DNA of 63,598 bases, counting the filler. It is 3 parts of 3 records of this genome, joined end to end, with 100 filler letters (N's around TTAATTAATTAA, not from the genome) between each part and the next. Parts side by side here need not be neighbours in the genome. Positions count along the whole stretch, not along the records: positions 1 to 27,692 come from DRR378314_315; positions 27,793 to 45,418 come from DRR378314_317; 1 more part is not named here. One strand, written 5' to 3'. Shown in pieces: positions 25,398 through 38,330 of this stretch; within the stretch, counting starts at the first letter, position 1; the number at the start of each line of letters is the position of its first letter. The position numbers and the translations under genes were made by a program. Under the pieces are notes generated by a model. That model searched no databases, was not told the DNA's origin, and saw nothing but the letters and a program-made list of their open reading frames with translations.

Positions 25398-27219
25398 TCA
25401 TATAACACCGCTGGAGAAAGAAAGGCGAACCTTGTCCAATCACCTGGCTGCGACGTGCGGATAAGGGACGACGCGCTCAGGGTTTGGGGATGCTGCTCAG
25501 CACGCTGAGCCTACTGCAGCGCGATCGCAGTTACGCCAATCGAACGTACCCGAGGCTGATGTGAGCAGCGAGTCCGATATCGTTCGATCTCGTACCGTGC
25601 CCATAACATCATGCATATCATTTGCGATTGCACAGCCGACCCACTCCGCCAGCATTGCGTTTGCAGCAGCATGGTTCCGCAGCTCCCACGCCTGCGCTCC
25701 CAGCCTCCACAAAACAGCCACACCGTCCTCGCCACATGAGATACACGCCGACTCATCCACCTTGTACAGCCTGATGTTCCCTTGTGCATGCAAGCAGTGT
25801 CGTGAAACGACTTTGAGTGATACAGAGGACCGCGTGCCTTCACGAGCGTGCAAGGAGGACGACGCCCACCGACTCCATGAGAAAGGAACACTCTCGTGAA
25901 CAACCGCGTCGTCGTTGGACCATCGCGAGTTCCCATCCTCTGAGCTGGTGGAAGCGGTCTCCTTGGCCTCGATCAAGAACATGGAACCATCTTCAGATAC
26001 CGTTGTGAGAAACTGCAGCAACGGCATGCGGAACACATATCGGTCATAATTTTGCACGTAGCACAATTGCGACGGGTTCAAGGTGCAGCGCTGCAAAAGG
26101 CTGGTGCAACAACCAGGAGCTAGAGCTAGAAGGCAACGTCTTCCCGGTGAGTCCAATCGCATTCTGAACAAGCCATCGTCTCGAGCTTGCCAATACGCGT
26201 TCCTGCACTTGCTAGTGATGTACACGTCTTTCCGGGTGCAATCAAAAACAAAACGTGATTAACGCGAGGTACTCATAGACTGTTTTTCATCATCAGGGAG
26301 GCTACAGCGATGTTCAGCATTCAGGACATATATGCGGATCCGCAGGAGCTCTTCGCGCGCACGTACGCGGAGAATCGCCGCGCACCCAGGTTGCGCGAAC
26401 CAAGGGCTGTCCTGTCGCGACAGCCAATGTGCAAATGCCTACACCCGCTTCTCTTGCTACATTTGCTTTGATGATCTGCAGCACGGAGTATACAGAGTAG
26501 AGTATCTGTGGCCTTGTAGAAACACACACACGAGAGAACAACATCGGAACATACAGCGCCTCCTGCGTGGGCAGTAACGTCGAGCAGCGCGCGATTCACG
26601 GGCAGCGCCAGTGAAGCAAGTTTCGTTCCTTCTAAAACATTGTACACAGCAATAGAGTCATCGTACGCTGCAGCGATGTGGTTGTCATCGATTGTAGCAA
26701 ACATGCATCTGGAATTTACGTAGTCGCACGATTCCGCATCGATATAATGCTGGATAATCAGAAATCAATCACGTCGAGCTCCCATCCATGCACAGAAGAT
26801 GCAGGAGAGCGCATCCCGCAAACGATTTCTCCACAAACATTCGTTTGAAAACAAAAGATATCAGAGAAAAAAAACAGTGGGCATACCATGAAGATGAAAT
26901 GAAACGGCACAAGAGGCGCACTCTCAGGATACAGGTGAGGAACAGGCAACTAGATCTGGCAGTGAGACACAAGTACAACATTGCAATGCATCTGTCAAGG
27001 TACTCGCAGGATAGTGACGGTGTGGATTCTTCTTTGAGGTATAGTTCCTTGAATGCAATCACTTGGACTCTTTCTTCTCTTAACAACGAAACGTACGGAA
27101 TATGTCCAGCATCGTAAAATCGACTTGGGCGATCAGCATGCTCCAATGCGAGTATGCAGCGGAGCCGACTGATCGACCACACGACGATCGATCCGTCAAA
27201 TGCTGTGCTCACCATGTGG
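25398..27219 (-). CDS. WDR41: WD40-repeat protein, WDR41-like, 5'-truncated; exons ~27219-27097, ~26750-26555, 26012-25645, 25410-25398
   Basis: WD repeats HMVSTAFDGSIVVWS, FLTTVSEDGSMFLIE and CISCGEDGVAVLWRLG...LRN. Their order and spacing, the low-complexity insert before the last repeat and the short ending (MLADGVI*) match the recalled C-terminal half of WDR41. The junction between the first two listed exons is uncertain. Confidence 0.65.
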
Positions 27220-27666
27220 CTGCAAAAGCACGAACAGGAGACCACCACACGCGAGATACACCAACGCCCTTTCGTGACAATCGAGTTACGCATATTCTAC
27301 AACTGGATTATAACAGCTTGTGGCACGGATGCTCCGCGTACTGTTGTGCGAGTGTTTACATACGAATGCAACTATGCGTGCGCATGCGATGGCTTGCTTT
27401 CGCGCAACCGACACGCATATTTCAGTCACTGGAAAAAAATACGATGGCGTCACGACCTCATCTCTGCGGTAATTCCGCATCGTGGCAGCGAAACAGCGGA
27501 AAAAAATCGCTCCTTTTTCGGCTAATCTCGTTACGGCAGAACATAACTTGGTCAAGAGAACAGAATACAACAACTACACACACACAAGCTTGCTGGTGGT
27601 TTCTTTTTTCTCTGTGCCTCGCGGAAAAGTAAAAGAAAGGACTTGATACAGTAATGCAGCGGCTCA

Positions 27667-27692
27667 CAACAACAACAACAACAACAACAACA
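27667..27692. repeat. (CAA)n microsatellite at the contig end
   Basis: About 8 CAA units run into the N spacer. Confidence 0.9.
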
Positions 27693-27792
27693 NNNNNNNN
27701 NNNNNNNNNNNNNNNNNNNNNNNNNNNNNNNNNNNNTTAATTAATTAANNNNNNNNNNNNNNNNNNNNNNNNNNNNNNNNNNNNNNNNNNNN
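27693..27792. other. Artificial contig-joining spacer N44-TTAATTAATTAA-N44
   Basis: Exactly 100 nt; the core places stops in all six frames; an identical copy lies at 45419-45518. Confidence 0.98.
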
Positions 27793-27982
27793 GTTTTTGT
27801 TTTTTTTTTTGTTTTTTTGTGTCTGTTTTGTTGCTCGTTCGTCGGTTTCTCTCTTCGCCGTTGATCCTCGTGACTCTTATCCAACTGCGACTCTGCACAA
27901 CGTTGTAATGGTTTGGTATTCTCTTGCTTATTTTTGCCGCATGAACATGCGTGCCACCGCCTTTTCCCGTGCTTCGCTGAAG

Positions 27983-28664
27983 GATGTGCAACGGGTTTTG
28001 CAGCAACTGAGGACTCTTGGATTTGGAGGGACGATAAACTACAAGGCGGAGATTTACACTCTTCTGCGCATCAGCGCAGGCAATCCTTGGGGCCTGGTAT
28101 GTTGGAGGATTCCATGAAGTCATGGACCTCAAGTTTTGTTGTAACTGCCGTAGAATCAATCGGGTATGCTGCGGAGTACTTTTTGTTGCTCTCTCGGGAC
28201 TCTCTGCTCTCCATCGCGACGGTTTTGTGTCTGCGCGGCGGCACTTGGCTGGTCAAGGCATGCTGTGAAGGGAATTGTATCGACCAACGCCGCAAACGTA
28301 CACTCTGTGAATTGGCGATGGTAGGGGAGTTTTGGATATTAATAATGTAAACGAATATGTGTAAGGCTGGATCTTCAACGCTGTTTGCGGCCAAAATTCT
28401 GCGAATGGGTGCGAAGTCGGATGGTTTTCCACTAGTGCTTTGCGAAGCCTCTGCCATTTCGCTGTTACCTTGCACCAGGGGGGAATCCTTTTTTTCGGAT
28501 TGCTATATCGATTCCCTCATTCGGTTTTCCTGTCATTTCAATATGTTCATTCTCTTCAGCGTCCTTGTATTTACAAATCGGTGGATGGTTCCGGTGGAGA
28601 TGGTCGCGGTCGCGGCCGCGGTCGAGGTCGAGGCCGCGGGAAACGCGGTCGGCGCGGTTACTGA
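27983..28664 (+). CDS. UPF0696/DUF1917 (C11orf68-like) protein, 5'-truncated, with an RG-rich tail; exons 27983-28096 and 28560-28664
   Basis: Spliced peptide DVQRVLQQLRTLGFGGTINYKAEIYTLLRISAGNPWGL|RPCIYKS matches the recalled family C-terminal motif YKPDxYTxLxIxxxNxWxLxPxxY. It ends GRGRGRGRGRGKRGRRGY*. Confidence 0.72.
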
Positions 28665-29079
28665 GCGGGAACTAGCCTATGCGAAATCTCTTGGAATTCG
28701 GGTACAAAAATGAATGGAGCATTCTTCGCGAGTTTTGCAATATGAATGACGTGCACATATGTTTTCCTTCACGGTCTCCGTTTCGTGAAAATCGCATGCA
28801 AACCGTCCTTTTCCACTCGTCGCGTTTGCGGCAATGCTGGTGGATTATCGGCGCGCTTGACGCGCTTTTCGAGCGCGAGACTGTCGCGTTACCGCCGACT
28901 CTCCCATGTAGCCTCAGGCTGAAAACGTCACGTTTTCTTCACATTGCAACATTGTATTCACTCCAGCATAGTGCAGAAAGAAGACAACTGATTAGGAACT
29001 GCAGGTATTAACGATATAAACAACACATGGAAAGAGACAAGCAATTGTGGTGTTCCGCAAGAAAAGTGGTCGCTCGGTC

Positions 29080-32000
29080 CTACTTTTCCTTCTTTGCTTC
29101 GTCCTTTTCTGCTTTGTCCTCCTTCGCTCCGTCGACTTTTTCTCCACGACGGAGTCTCGCCGCTCCATTTTCACTGTCATTCGATTTCTTTTCCGCACGT
29201 TTTCCTTTATCGATAGCTTCAGCTTCTCCATCCTCCTTCTTGATTTCACCGTCTTTGCTCTCTTTGTCCGCGGAAGTCTCTGGCTCAGCCACTTGGCCAA
29301 ACTCGTTCGCGCGAGTCTTATCCACTGGATAGATCCAGCGCTGATACAAAAAGATGAGGAAAATGATATCGTCACGGAAACACGCGAGTCGATGGGCCGT
29401 CGGCATTTTGATTACAAATGCGAAAAGGTCATCGATGAAGGTATTCAGCGCCTGTACGCAGTGGAGAATATAGGCAAAAAGAGAGGAGTAGACACGCAAG
29501 CAAGTTAGGCGAGAGGAAAACCACCTACTCGCACAAAGAATGACTTCGAAATGACAAAATGCTGCAACGCCAACAAGAATCCGAAAACCGAGGAAGAACA
29601 AAATGTTTGCGGAGAAAATAGAATGCGATACAGAATCTTATTCTAAACGTCATAATTACATTCGTAACGTGTCAACAAAGGATATCATTTCGCCAAAAAT
29701 TCGTTGCCTTGCGTCTGTGCTTGTTGCGAGTGCTGTCATTCCGCAAACGAATCGCGAATCGTACCTTGTAAACAAAAGTCTTCCACGGCAAATGCGCAAC
29801 GCTCTTCAGCTTATAGTTGATGAAAAGCTATGCAAAAATCCAAGTTAATGATGCATCGAGGGAAAGAATAGCAGAAGACACGGGTGAGGAAACGGAATGG
29901 GGAAACAAGGAAGTGGAAAACGCGACAATCGAGCGACAGGAGAACCCAGAGATCCACGAGACCAACTTTCACGAACAATCAATCTTCTGCAACAATGCGC
30001 GTCATTTGCTTCTCTCTCATCCGCAGAGAATATTCCAGTGTCTACACTAGTCCAAAGCAGCCATTCATCCTTGATTTGCGATATTCCGCGCGTGTTTCAC
30101 GCTTCTCGACGTAAGAACCAAGAAACGACGATCAACCCACCTGAGGAGTCATCATAATGAAGCCAAACGTGTAAACTGCGTTCACCATACTCGACAATAC
30201 CCACGAGTACCAGCTTTTATGCGTTTCGTAGATGAGCGAGTAACCAGCGTATCCGATTACGAGAGGATACATGACATATCCGAGAGTTTTCATCGCCATG
30301 TCGTCGTATTTCTTGGTTTCCGATTGGTACGAAGCCTAATCGCGAGCAAACACGCGACAGTTCAGAGAAACCAAACGATGTACGAACGAGAACATCAGCC
30401 ATACATGCGCAAAGCAGCGCAGACAAAACAAATACCAGGGACAATACCAAAAGTTAACCACAACTACTTCCCGTTGACACTTCTTCCACTATGCGCATGA
30501 ACAAAGGTCGCAGTTCTACTGCGCTGTGAAGTCAAGAATCGTCGTCAAGGCGAAAACAGCTACAAACCGTGTTTCCCCCCCCCCTAAAAAAAGAACACAA
30601 AGGGGTCATAATCTTTGGCAAACACAAATCATACGCAAAAAACGAATTCTCTCGATATTCCCATGCATTCTTATATCTTGCAGTGAAAAGGAAGAATACA
30701 CGAGAACCAGTAGAACTTCCGAATCTTCTGTTCTCTTTCCCTTGTTGTACTTCATGGTAGATCTCTCTGGGAAGTGGGAGAGCAGAGAGGTTCCTTTCCA
30801 TTTCTTGCACAAACGAAGTACCTTGTCCTCAATACGAATCTTTGGGATCACTCCGTTCCACTCCATGCTGAAATTTGTGGCTCGTGTGATCTTCCATATT
30901 TCGATCAGCAATCCAACTCCTTTTACGAGATCAAGAGCGAAGATTTGCGTTACGGATTCACAACACCAACAAATAAACAAGTCGTGAGAAATACACTTGA
31001 CAGCGCAAGCGACGCACATCGATCTTCTCGGCAAGAAACGGACGGTCAGGGACGCAGGTTTAGGCCAAGACGATGGAAAGACTGGAATACAGATTTCTCT
31101 GAACAAAGAAACGAGCGAGATTCGAAGAAATGGAGAGTCCAACGTACCAGATGAAATAATAATCATCCAGCTTGTATCATTGTCCAACAGATACAAAAAG
31201 ATCACAAATTGGAAGAAGCAGTTGAGAAAGATCGAGCGCACGGAGAGTCCTTCCATCGACTTTTGGTTTTTCCAAAAGGAGATATCGTTCTTAAAGGCGA
31301 GAAAATCGAAGAGAGAGTGGAAAAGAGAGACCACAAACGTCACTGCGAGAAGTATCGGATTCCCCTCGAGGAAGATCCGTTTCATCTCATCCGGCTCTGC
31401 GGCGAAATCATCCAACAACAAAATACAAAGTACATGAGAACTTTGGCATTTCACCACACATTCGGACATTGCATTAGAGCGTGCGTTCCAAAGTTCCGGA
31501 TCGAACCGTAACGCAATCTAACCGCAAACGAAACACCCCAAGAAAGTACAAGCAGATCGAGACATACGAAGCAGCAGCTAATCACACACAAGAAAAATAG
31601 GAAAATGAGAATGGACAAAGCTTCAGCGTGTACGATACGTAAATCACATCAATCTCCCTCTTTCCTCTCTCGGCGATTCAGTCTTTTCGTACCCGATTCT
31701 TCCATCGTTCCCAAACTTTGGTGGATATTGAACGACTGGTCCATTTGCCACTGGAAGAACATCTTCTGCTGTCCAATTGGCGCAATGTCGATCGTGACGT
31801 TAACCGCGGGAAGCGTACTGCAATGTAAGTACGAAACGCATACCCAAAAGTTAAGAAACATAAATAATAATGAACAGCAGCCTCTCACGTTTCCAATGTT
31901 CAACTCTCTAGTCACAATCGCAGTGATACGCAAAAAGGAAAACATCGAGATACAAACAAGAGCGACAGAACCATACTTCCAGGAGCACAAAATTGGGTTC

Positions 32001-35000
32001 AGAAAAATATTGGTAATTGTTTGGAATGTACTCGACGATAACCTCTTCGCAACGTTCTCAACGAAAAGAGACAACAGAAGGAGTTTTCGGGTCGTTTCCA
32101 TCTCGTGGCAATTACTTTTTCAACTACGTTTAGGCGAACACGCCGGTGTTTGCAATTTTCCACGGAACGACACGATGGGGAAATACCGCTTCGCCGAGTG
32201 TGTTAAGGATACAGTGCTATTCGACTCGGATATGCAGCTTGTACGTTTCGCAGACAGCGCAACTCTGACGCACAATATAGGGGGATTTCGCCACAAGAAT
32301 GAGCGTATTGCACACCATTTCCGACAATCCCAGTGCAAACGAAACCAAACAACGATGTAAAACCAGACATAGAAAGGGATGGAAGCTCCGTTTCCTCGTC
32401 CGTATCATGGTCATGTTCTGGATATTTGCGAAAGGAAAACCAACGTACTCGTTGACGAGAATCAAGTTGTTGCGCAAAAGCCAAAACTCATTCGCGTAGA
32501 AAACGGGAGAATATCGCTTCTCTTCGCGGTGAAGTACGAGATGAGGAGACATCTATTGCAAAGATGAGCAAACGAAAGGGCAACGCACAAAAATACAATA
32601 TGTGAATAACAAGAACAGAAAAGCGTGAGAAATGATCAGAAAAATCGAGATACTCTTCTGCAAAAAGCAACAATCGAAAAGGAACTCGACATCCTCTATT
32701 CAGTGCAGTGTTTACCGCAGAGAAGCATAACAGTTGATGGAGATACAATAGAGAAACAAAGAGAAAAGGTTCAACTATTGAGAAAGAATAACCTTAAAAA
32801 AGATTCTTTGTCAAACGTAAAACCAAAAAATACGAGACGGGATCCCTGTCAACAAACTTCGTCACGGTGATAGGAGGAGAAACTGCAATGACGAACTCAC
32901 TGCAGTTGCAATTGGCTCCGAACCACGACAAATATTCAACTGCACATACACCATAAATATAAGCAAAATGATGATTTACCCGTATCGCTCAACGCAATGG
33001 GATGACGAGAAATGGACGAAGACTTTTTTCGGATATTTTTTCGCGCCTCGTACCGGAGGAGGAACTTGTTGCAGATCGATTGCAGAGTGATCAACCAAGA
33101 AGTTGACGAAAAGCGAAGGAACCCAAAACGACACGATTTCGCGCGGCTTTTCCTGCGCGAAAATATGCAACGGTTAAAAAAGCACGCCGCAAATTCAATA
33201 CAACAAACAAGAAGGAACGCTGTGTACTCCGATCACCACTATTGAACAGGAAACGGCGCGGAAAGGTTCCTGTCAGCCACAATACACGAAACCATGAGGT
33301 AGGTCACTGCGCATACGACGATGAACAGAGAAAAAAAATATGCAAGAATCAACACAAGCAAATGCAATTTCTAGCCAATCCATTAACAGTTCTATTTTTC
33401 CGCAACTGTCGGTTCGATCGCTCGTCTCATCGTCGACACTTGACTGCTACGAATGACGAAATCAATAGATTTTCCCAACGAAACCCTTTCACTGCAACAT
33501 CCATTCCTCACAAACGAATCTTTTTTTTGGAATGGTGCGATTCTTGTTTCAATTGCGCTCTTCCCTGTTTGTGATGAAACGTTGAGTGTAAAGGAGAAAA
33601 GGGGATCTCGATGCCTTTCAGAACGCATTCGTACCTGCACGTCATCCGCTTTGGCTTCGTTTCCTGTGTTATCCTTCACTTCCTTTTCCTCTCGGAGCTC
33701 GCGCGCTACAGCTTCTGTATCTTCGTGTTCACCCGACAGAAGATTCATGTTTTTATTGACCTTACACGCGCGATGTTGGAAAGAAAAAGAAGGACAATGC
33801 CGTGAGCGTCGTTCAAGGGTGAAAGAAAGAAGGAGATGTACAGCGCAAGGACTGTCATTTCGACACGATCTCCAAGGCGCAAGAACGAAGAAAAGGTGCA
33901 AAAACTGGCCCATTCGCTCACATAGTAGGTAGTCGTGAAGAAGTGGAAACTTTGTATACACTTTGTTTCTTAGTGAATAAACGTCAGTGCGTAGAATGTG
34001 GAAAAATGATCAGCATCGGCGTGACATGGCTGAGTTCGCCGATACGGTCGCGATTTCCGCCTTGTGCAATCGCGGAAAGCCCCAGAAGCTCTCGAAAAGG
34101 CCACGGTATACAACCATACAAGCTAGGTATTCCGGCGAAGTGCTACGGTGCAGCGATAATGCGTGATTGCACTGTGTGGGGAGGAGAGCAAGATATAGAC
34201 ATCGTTTGGGCATTTCTGGTTCTTGGGACTAAGGGAACGAGGAGAAAACACAACCCCATTACAAAATACAGTATCACGTACAATTGCGACTTCACTCGTC
34301 GCTGAGGAAGCAGTAAGAATGGTACATATACGCTCACCTTGGGTCGCGGGTAGTACTTGACGAGAGGATGAACAACGTGCACGGCACGATCAAGGTCGTT
34401 CTCGCCGGGAATGGCAATGATGTGCGCGTAAACAGTTCCGTTCCGCAGCAAATGATCCGTCATCGGAAGCGAAACGTTCTTCTGCCTGTGAACGAGGGAA
34501 GAACCAAGAGCGCATTGCAGCACAAAACACTCCGATCAGACAATAGGCAACAAACACGGCGTCCAAGCACGCGCAAAATGAACAGGCATTCGCCCTAAAT
34601 TGGTTTGTAGTGGAACCTGCTGAACACAGAAAGTTTTAGGAAGACCGACGAAGTCTTTGCCGTCCTTGGCCAGTTCAAGACCGCCGACGATACCTCTCCG
34701 CGTGAGAGAGCACGTACAAGTAGTTGGAATCGTCGAAGCTGTACTGCAGTTTTTCGCGCCATAGGATCGTTCCGTTCCGGTCCAGGTACTCCATTGACAC
34801 TTTGTGTGGATTCTCCGTCGCGTAGATGCTGAGCTCGAAAGACTCATCGGGCGCGAAATGGTTCAGAAACGGAGGAATCACCTGCAATACCGGAACGCGC
34901 AATCGCGGCGACGCGAAAGCGGCCTGAGTCAGGCACACTTGCTGGAAACCGGTGACAGCAGCCCCCCCTCCACCCACTCACAACGGCCAGACTAGCCCTC

Positions 35001-35680
35001 CGCGCAATGATCAGACTAGAAATCAAGGTTTCTTACGTTACCACACGGTGTCGTCCCTTGTCGTGTTGCGGGCTCGCCGGCGGTTCACGCAACACAGCTT
35101 GCGAGTGCTGGCTGACACTAGCGAAAGCGCTTTGCGGCCACGACGCGCTGCAAGCCGCACCTTTCCTGTTGAGGGATCTTTGGCCGGTGCGACTGTCTTC
35201 TTCCCAAAGAGGGAGCTGAATATTGTGTATATTATCCATGCGCTGGTTAATAGACGACCATCGGTTGTGGCGGTTCGCACAGTGCGATAGCAGGCACGTC
35301 AGGCGGGTATGCATAGGAAACACCAGGCGCTCAAGCCTGCTGGGTTAGTAGCGAATCGCGTCAGCACACGCTCTGCACGGCACCGTTCAGTGTCGCAAAT
35401 GTGCATCCACGAGTCGCACAACGCTACGCACAACAATGATTTCACGGAATACACAATATTGGTCAGACGTGCGAGCCTATCGAGGAGAAACCTTCCGCTC
35501 TACATGTGGTGGAACGCAATCTGTCGTGGCGGAAGGAGAGCTGCTTCGCGACCTCGGCGCGCGCCTGCTGCACTGCAGGAGCAAGAGAAAAACGCACCGC
35601 ACAAGTGTCTGGAAGAGACCAGGACGCTGCCGCTCCTGCTCGGCACCTGCTTGCTGTGCAGCCTCGTTTGTAGATGGCAT
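29080..35680 (-). CDS. CLPTM1: CLPTM1-family multipass membrane protein, about 13 exons
   Basis: Exonic motifs NGTVYAH, PVFYANEFWLLR, KRIFLEGNPILLAVT...FDFLAFKNDISFWK...MEGLSVRS, IEIWKITRA, HKSWYSW...FGFIMMTPQ|LFINYKLKSVAHLPWK and ALNTFIDDLFAFVIKMPTAHRLACFRDDIIFLIFLYQRWIYPVDKTRANEFG. Stop at 29080. The start at 35680 is likely but less certain. Confidence 0.93.
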
Positions 35681-36178
35681 TATAAATGGTTATTCCTCGT
35701 TACTTGCAAGGATACAAGGAATTGGAGAGGGGCGGGGAACGCGGCGCAGCGGAGAAGTAACGCGCGTCGCTCGCCTGCTCTGCACCTGCGGCACCGGGAG
35801 CCCGCCCCCTTCACGCACACTAGCCGTGCACACTGCGCTCGCGTTGCCACAAATTCCTAGTCCCACGCGATTTCCCAGTCAATTACATTATATATAAATA
35901 TTCGTAACATAGGGTTACAAATCCGTCCGTGCAGCGATGCCCTCTCAACTACCTCGCCAGTACACACTTTTGAAGTAGGGGTACCTAGCCTCCGCCTCTC
36001 CCATCAGAAAGAGAGAACCGAGAACGCAGTTGCCTTTTCTGGTGCAGCGGAGCGTGCACGCGGCCAAGAAGACCGTTTACCTGCTTGGCGAAACATCTTC
36101 CGCCCGCTCCGAGCCCCTGTAGACCGTCCTGGCAGAGCACTTCTCCTTTCCGCATACAGACATCTCATTTGAATCGAT

Positions 36179-37780
36179 ATGGTGCAAACTCGCTCACAGG
36201 CTGAGCGCGCCGCGCTTGTGCCTGGATTTGTCAAGCTGTGGCTCATCGTCGCCAGCGCTGTCGTTGTTTGGGACGCGAGCTTCGTGCTCCTGCGCCCAAA
36301 GTCGTTCCCGGGCGGCGAATACGCGCACTTTTTCCCTGCATGTACGTCTATCCGGGCCCTATGCACTTGTCACTTCACTCACACTGTATTGTATTCTATC
36401 GAATCAACTATGAATGTGGAGTTCTCCCAAGGAAAACGCGATACGGAAGCGGAAGCAGCGCTTCCCGCTTCCGGCCAGTTCCAGATCGCAGACGCCGAGC
36501 GGCGAGCGCTTCTTGCGACCTGCACAGTGCTCAACGTTTGTCCGAACGCGGTACCGTACAACGCGCCCTTCTGAGTGCCAACACACTAGTGAATATTGCC
36601 ATGATTTGTGAATGCATTTTTGTCTGCGTGAATTCTTGCGGTGTTATAGACGACACGTATATCCAGGTGGATCAGCGCTATCATTCCATGACCGACTCCT
36701 TTGTCGTGACGCAGTCTCTGGTGCGTTTTTCCGGACCAGCCCAAGCGTAGCCCAGAGTGCACGCGCGGATGTGCTGCGAGGGCGATTGTGCTTCGACCAG
36801 AGATTGAGTCGCATAGCAACGCGTTCGTGTACTTGGTACATGACAGTTGAATGTGTTCGGGTGTCCGCAAGTTCACCGTGCGTGGGAGGAGTCTCACGGA
36901 AGCGCAGCTTCCTATTGACATGTGGTTGTACGTGCTCGTACTCCTCTGCCGCGCTCCGCAGCATTGCCTCTTTTGCATTTTCGCATCTTGACGTGCGTGT
37001 ATTTCATTTCACCCTTTTTCTTGTATAATCCTTGTCAAGAAGACATCTAGCACTTTTTCGTTACACGGATGATAATGGCGCGTGGCAAAGCCTGTGGCAC
37101 CGGGAAGAAAGTGCTCAGTGGCCGCCTTGGTTATCGCGTGCTCGCAATTCGTTGCTCCGCAGATGAATCTTGTCGAAACTGTCATCGGCCTCGTTGGTGT
37201 CTACATGGCGTCGTCCCGGCCCGTAACTGCTGCGATGATGACGTTCCTTGCACTATCTATGACACGTATGTTTCCTTGTTAGCACCGCATATTCCCTGCA
37301 GGCGACGACAGAATCGCGCTTCGTCAGGCGCTGCTCCTCAAGCATGTGCTGGAAGCGAGTAAAACCGTTGCGCTGTGTTACGCTCTGCGCTGCTCTGTTT
37401 TCCAGTGGGAAAAACGCTCATCTACATCCTCGACGACTATGTCGGCGGATTCCACTTTACGAAGCACAACGACACGTTCACCTTTGTGACCCTCTATGTG
37501 AGTACGTTTTTGTTTCTTCTGTATTTTGCAATGGTATGTGAGTCCTTGTGGCCCGGCAAGTCTACCAACGCGCCCAACTCCCGCCCCCTATGTTCACCTG
37601 CCTGTAAATGTATCGCAATTTCACGCCCGCCCCAGCCTAACGCCCCCCTTTGTGCACTGATGTTCTCTTTCTGGACCTGCAGTTCCCAATGGCCTGTGGA
37701 TCCTTGTTCCTGCGCTGTGCCTGATCGCACTCGCGAAGCGCATCATCCATGCTGTGATGGGGCACGCCAAGTACGAGTAA
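36179..37780 (+). CDS. EXPERA/EBP-superfamily small membrane protein; exons 36179-36341, 36650-36720, 37163-37265, 37406-37501, 37683-37780
   Basis: WLIVASAVVVWDASFVLLRP, YDTYIQVDQRY, QSLMNLVE, GKTLIY and YVIPNGLWILVP. The YxxxDxxY, NxxE, KT and PNxxW pattern is typical of EXPERA proteins. Intron phases are consistent. Confidence 0.75.
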
Positions 37781-38330
37781 GCCGCAAATCTCCACAAGAG
37801 AGAGTAGAGGCGTCCCTGCGCTTGCCTACATACATGTCACCTCCATCCATCGGCCCCGTTTCCCATATTCTGCACCACGATCGTCTATGAAACATCTTGT
37901 ATTATCTCTGTCGACATTGAAACGCGCACTCTGCAATATGTTTCGCCCACCTCATGCTCCTAGGCGGCCTCGTAGGACGGACGCCGCACGGACCGTGGGC
38001 CGCGACCAGACACGTCCATTTCATATACCCAACCCTACCCTTAACCCTTTGATGGAAGGTGATTTCGAGGGCCACAAACGCAGCCCACAAGCGCGGTCGC
38101 CTACAGCGCAGCTTCTGTTTCTCCGCGTGCGACCTACGCGCGCGACTGAGGAAAAAAGCACTTCGTCGGTCTAGCGACCGTTCACTTTCTGTTATTCCCT
38201 CTTCTTTTTCAGAAAGTTTACGCCGTCCCTTCTTCCACTCCCACGAACTCTCTTTTGTGGCAAAGAAGCGCTGATAGTTGTTTTGTGGCTGTGTGACAAG
38301 CTCACCGCCTCTGAATCGTGCGCGCGGAAA

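Noticed and set aside
27737-27748. TTAATTAATTAA as a regulatory element or transposon target site
   Set aside because: It occurs twice, centred in identical N44 flanks; it is a six-frame-stop linker.
19474-35680. GPI-pathway gene cluster (GPI8 plus a CLPTM1-family scramblase)
   Set aside because: The two genes lie on different contigs separated by a spacer.
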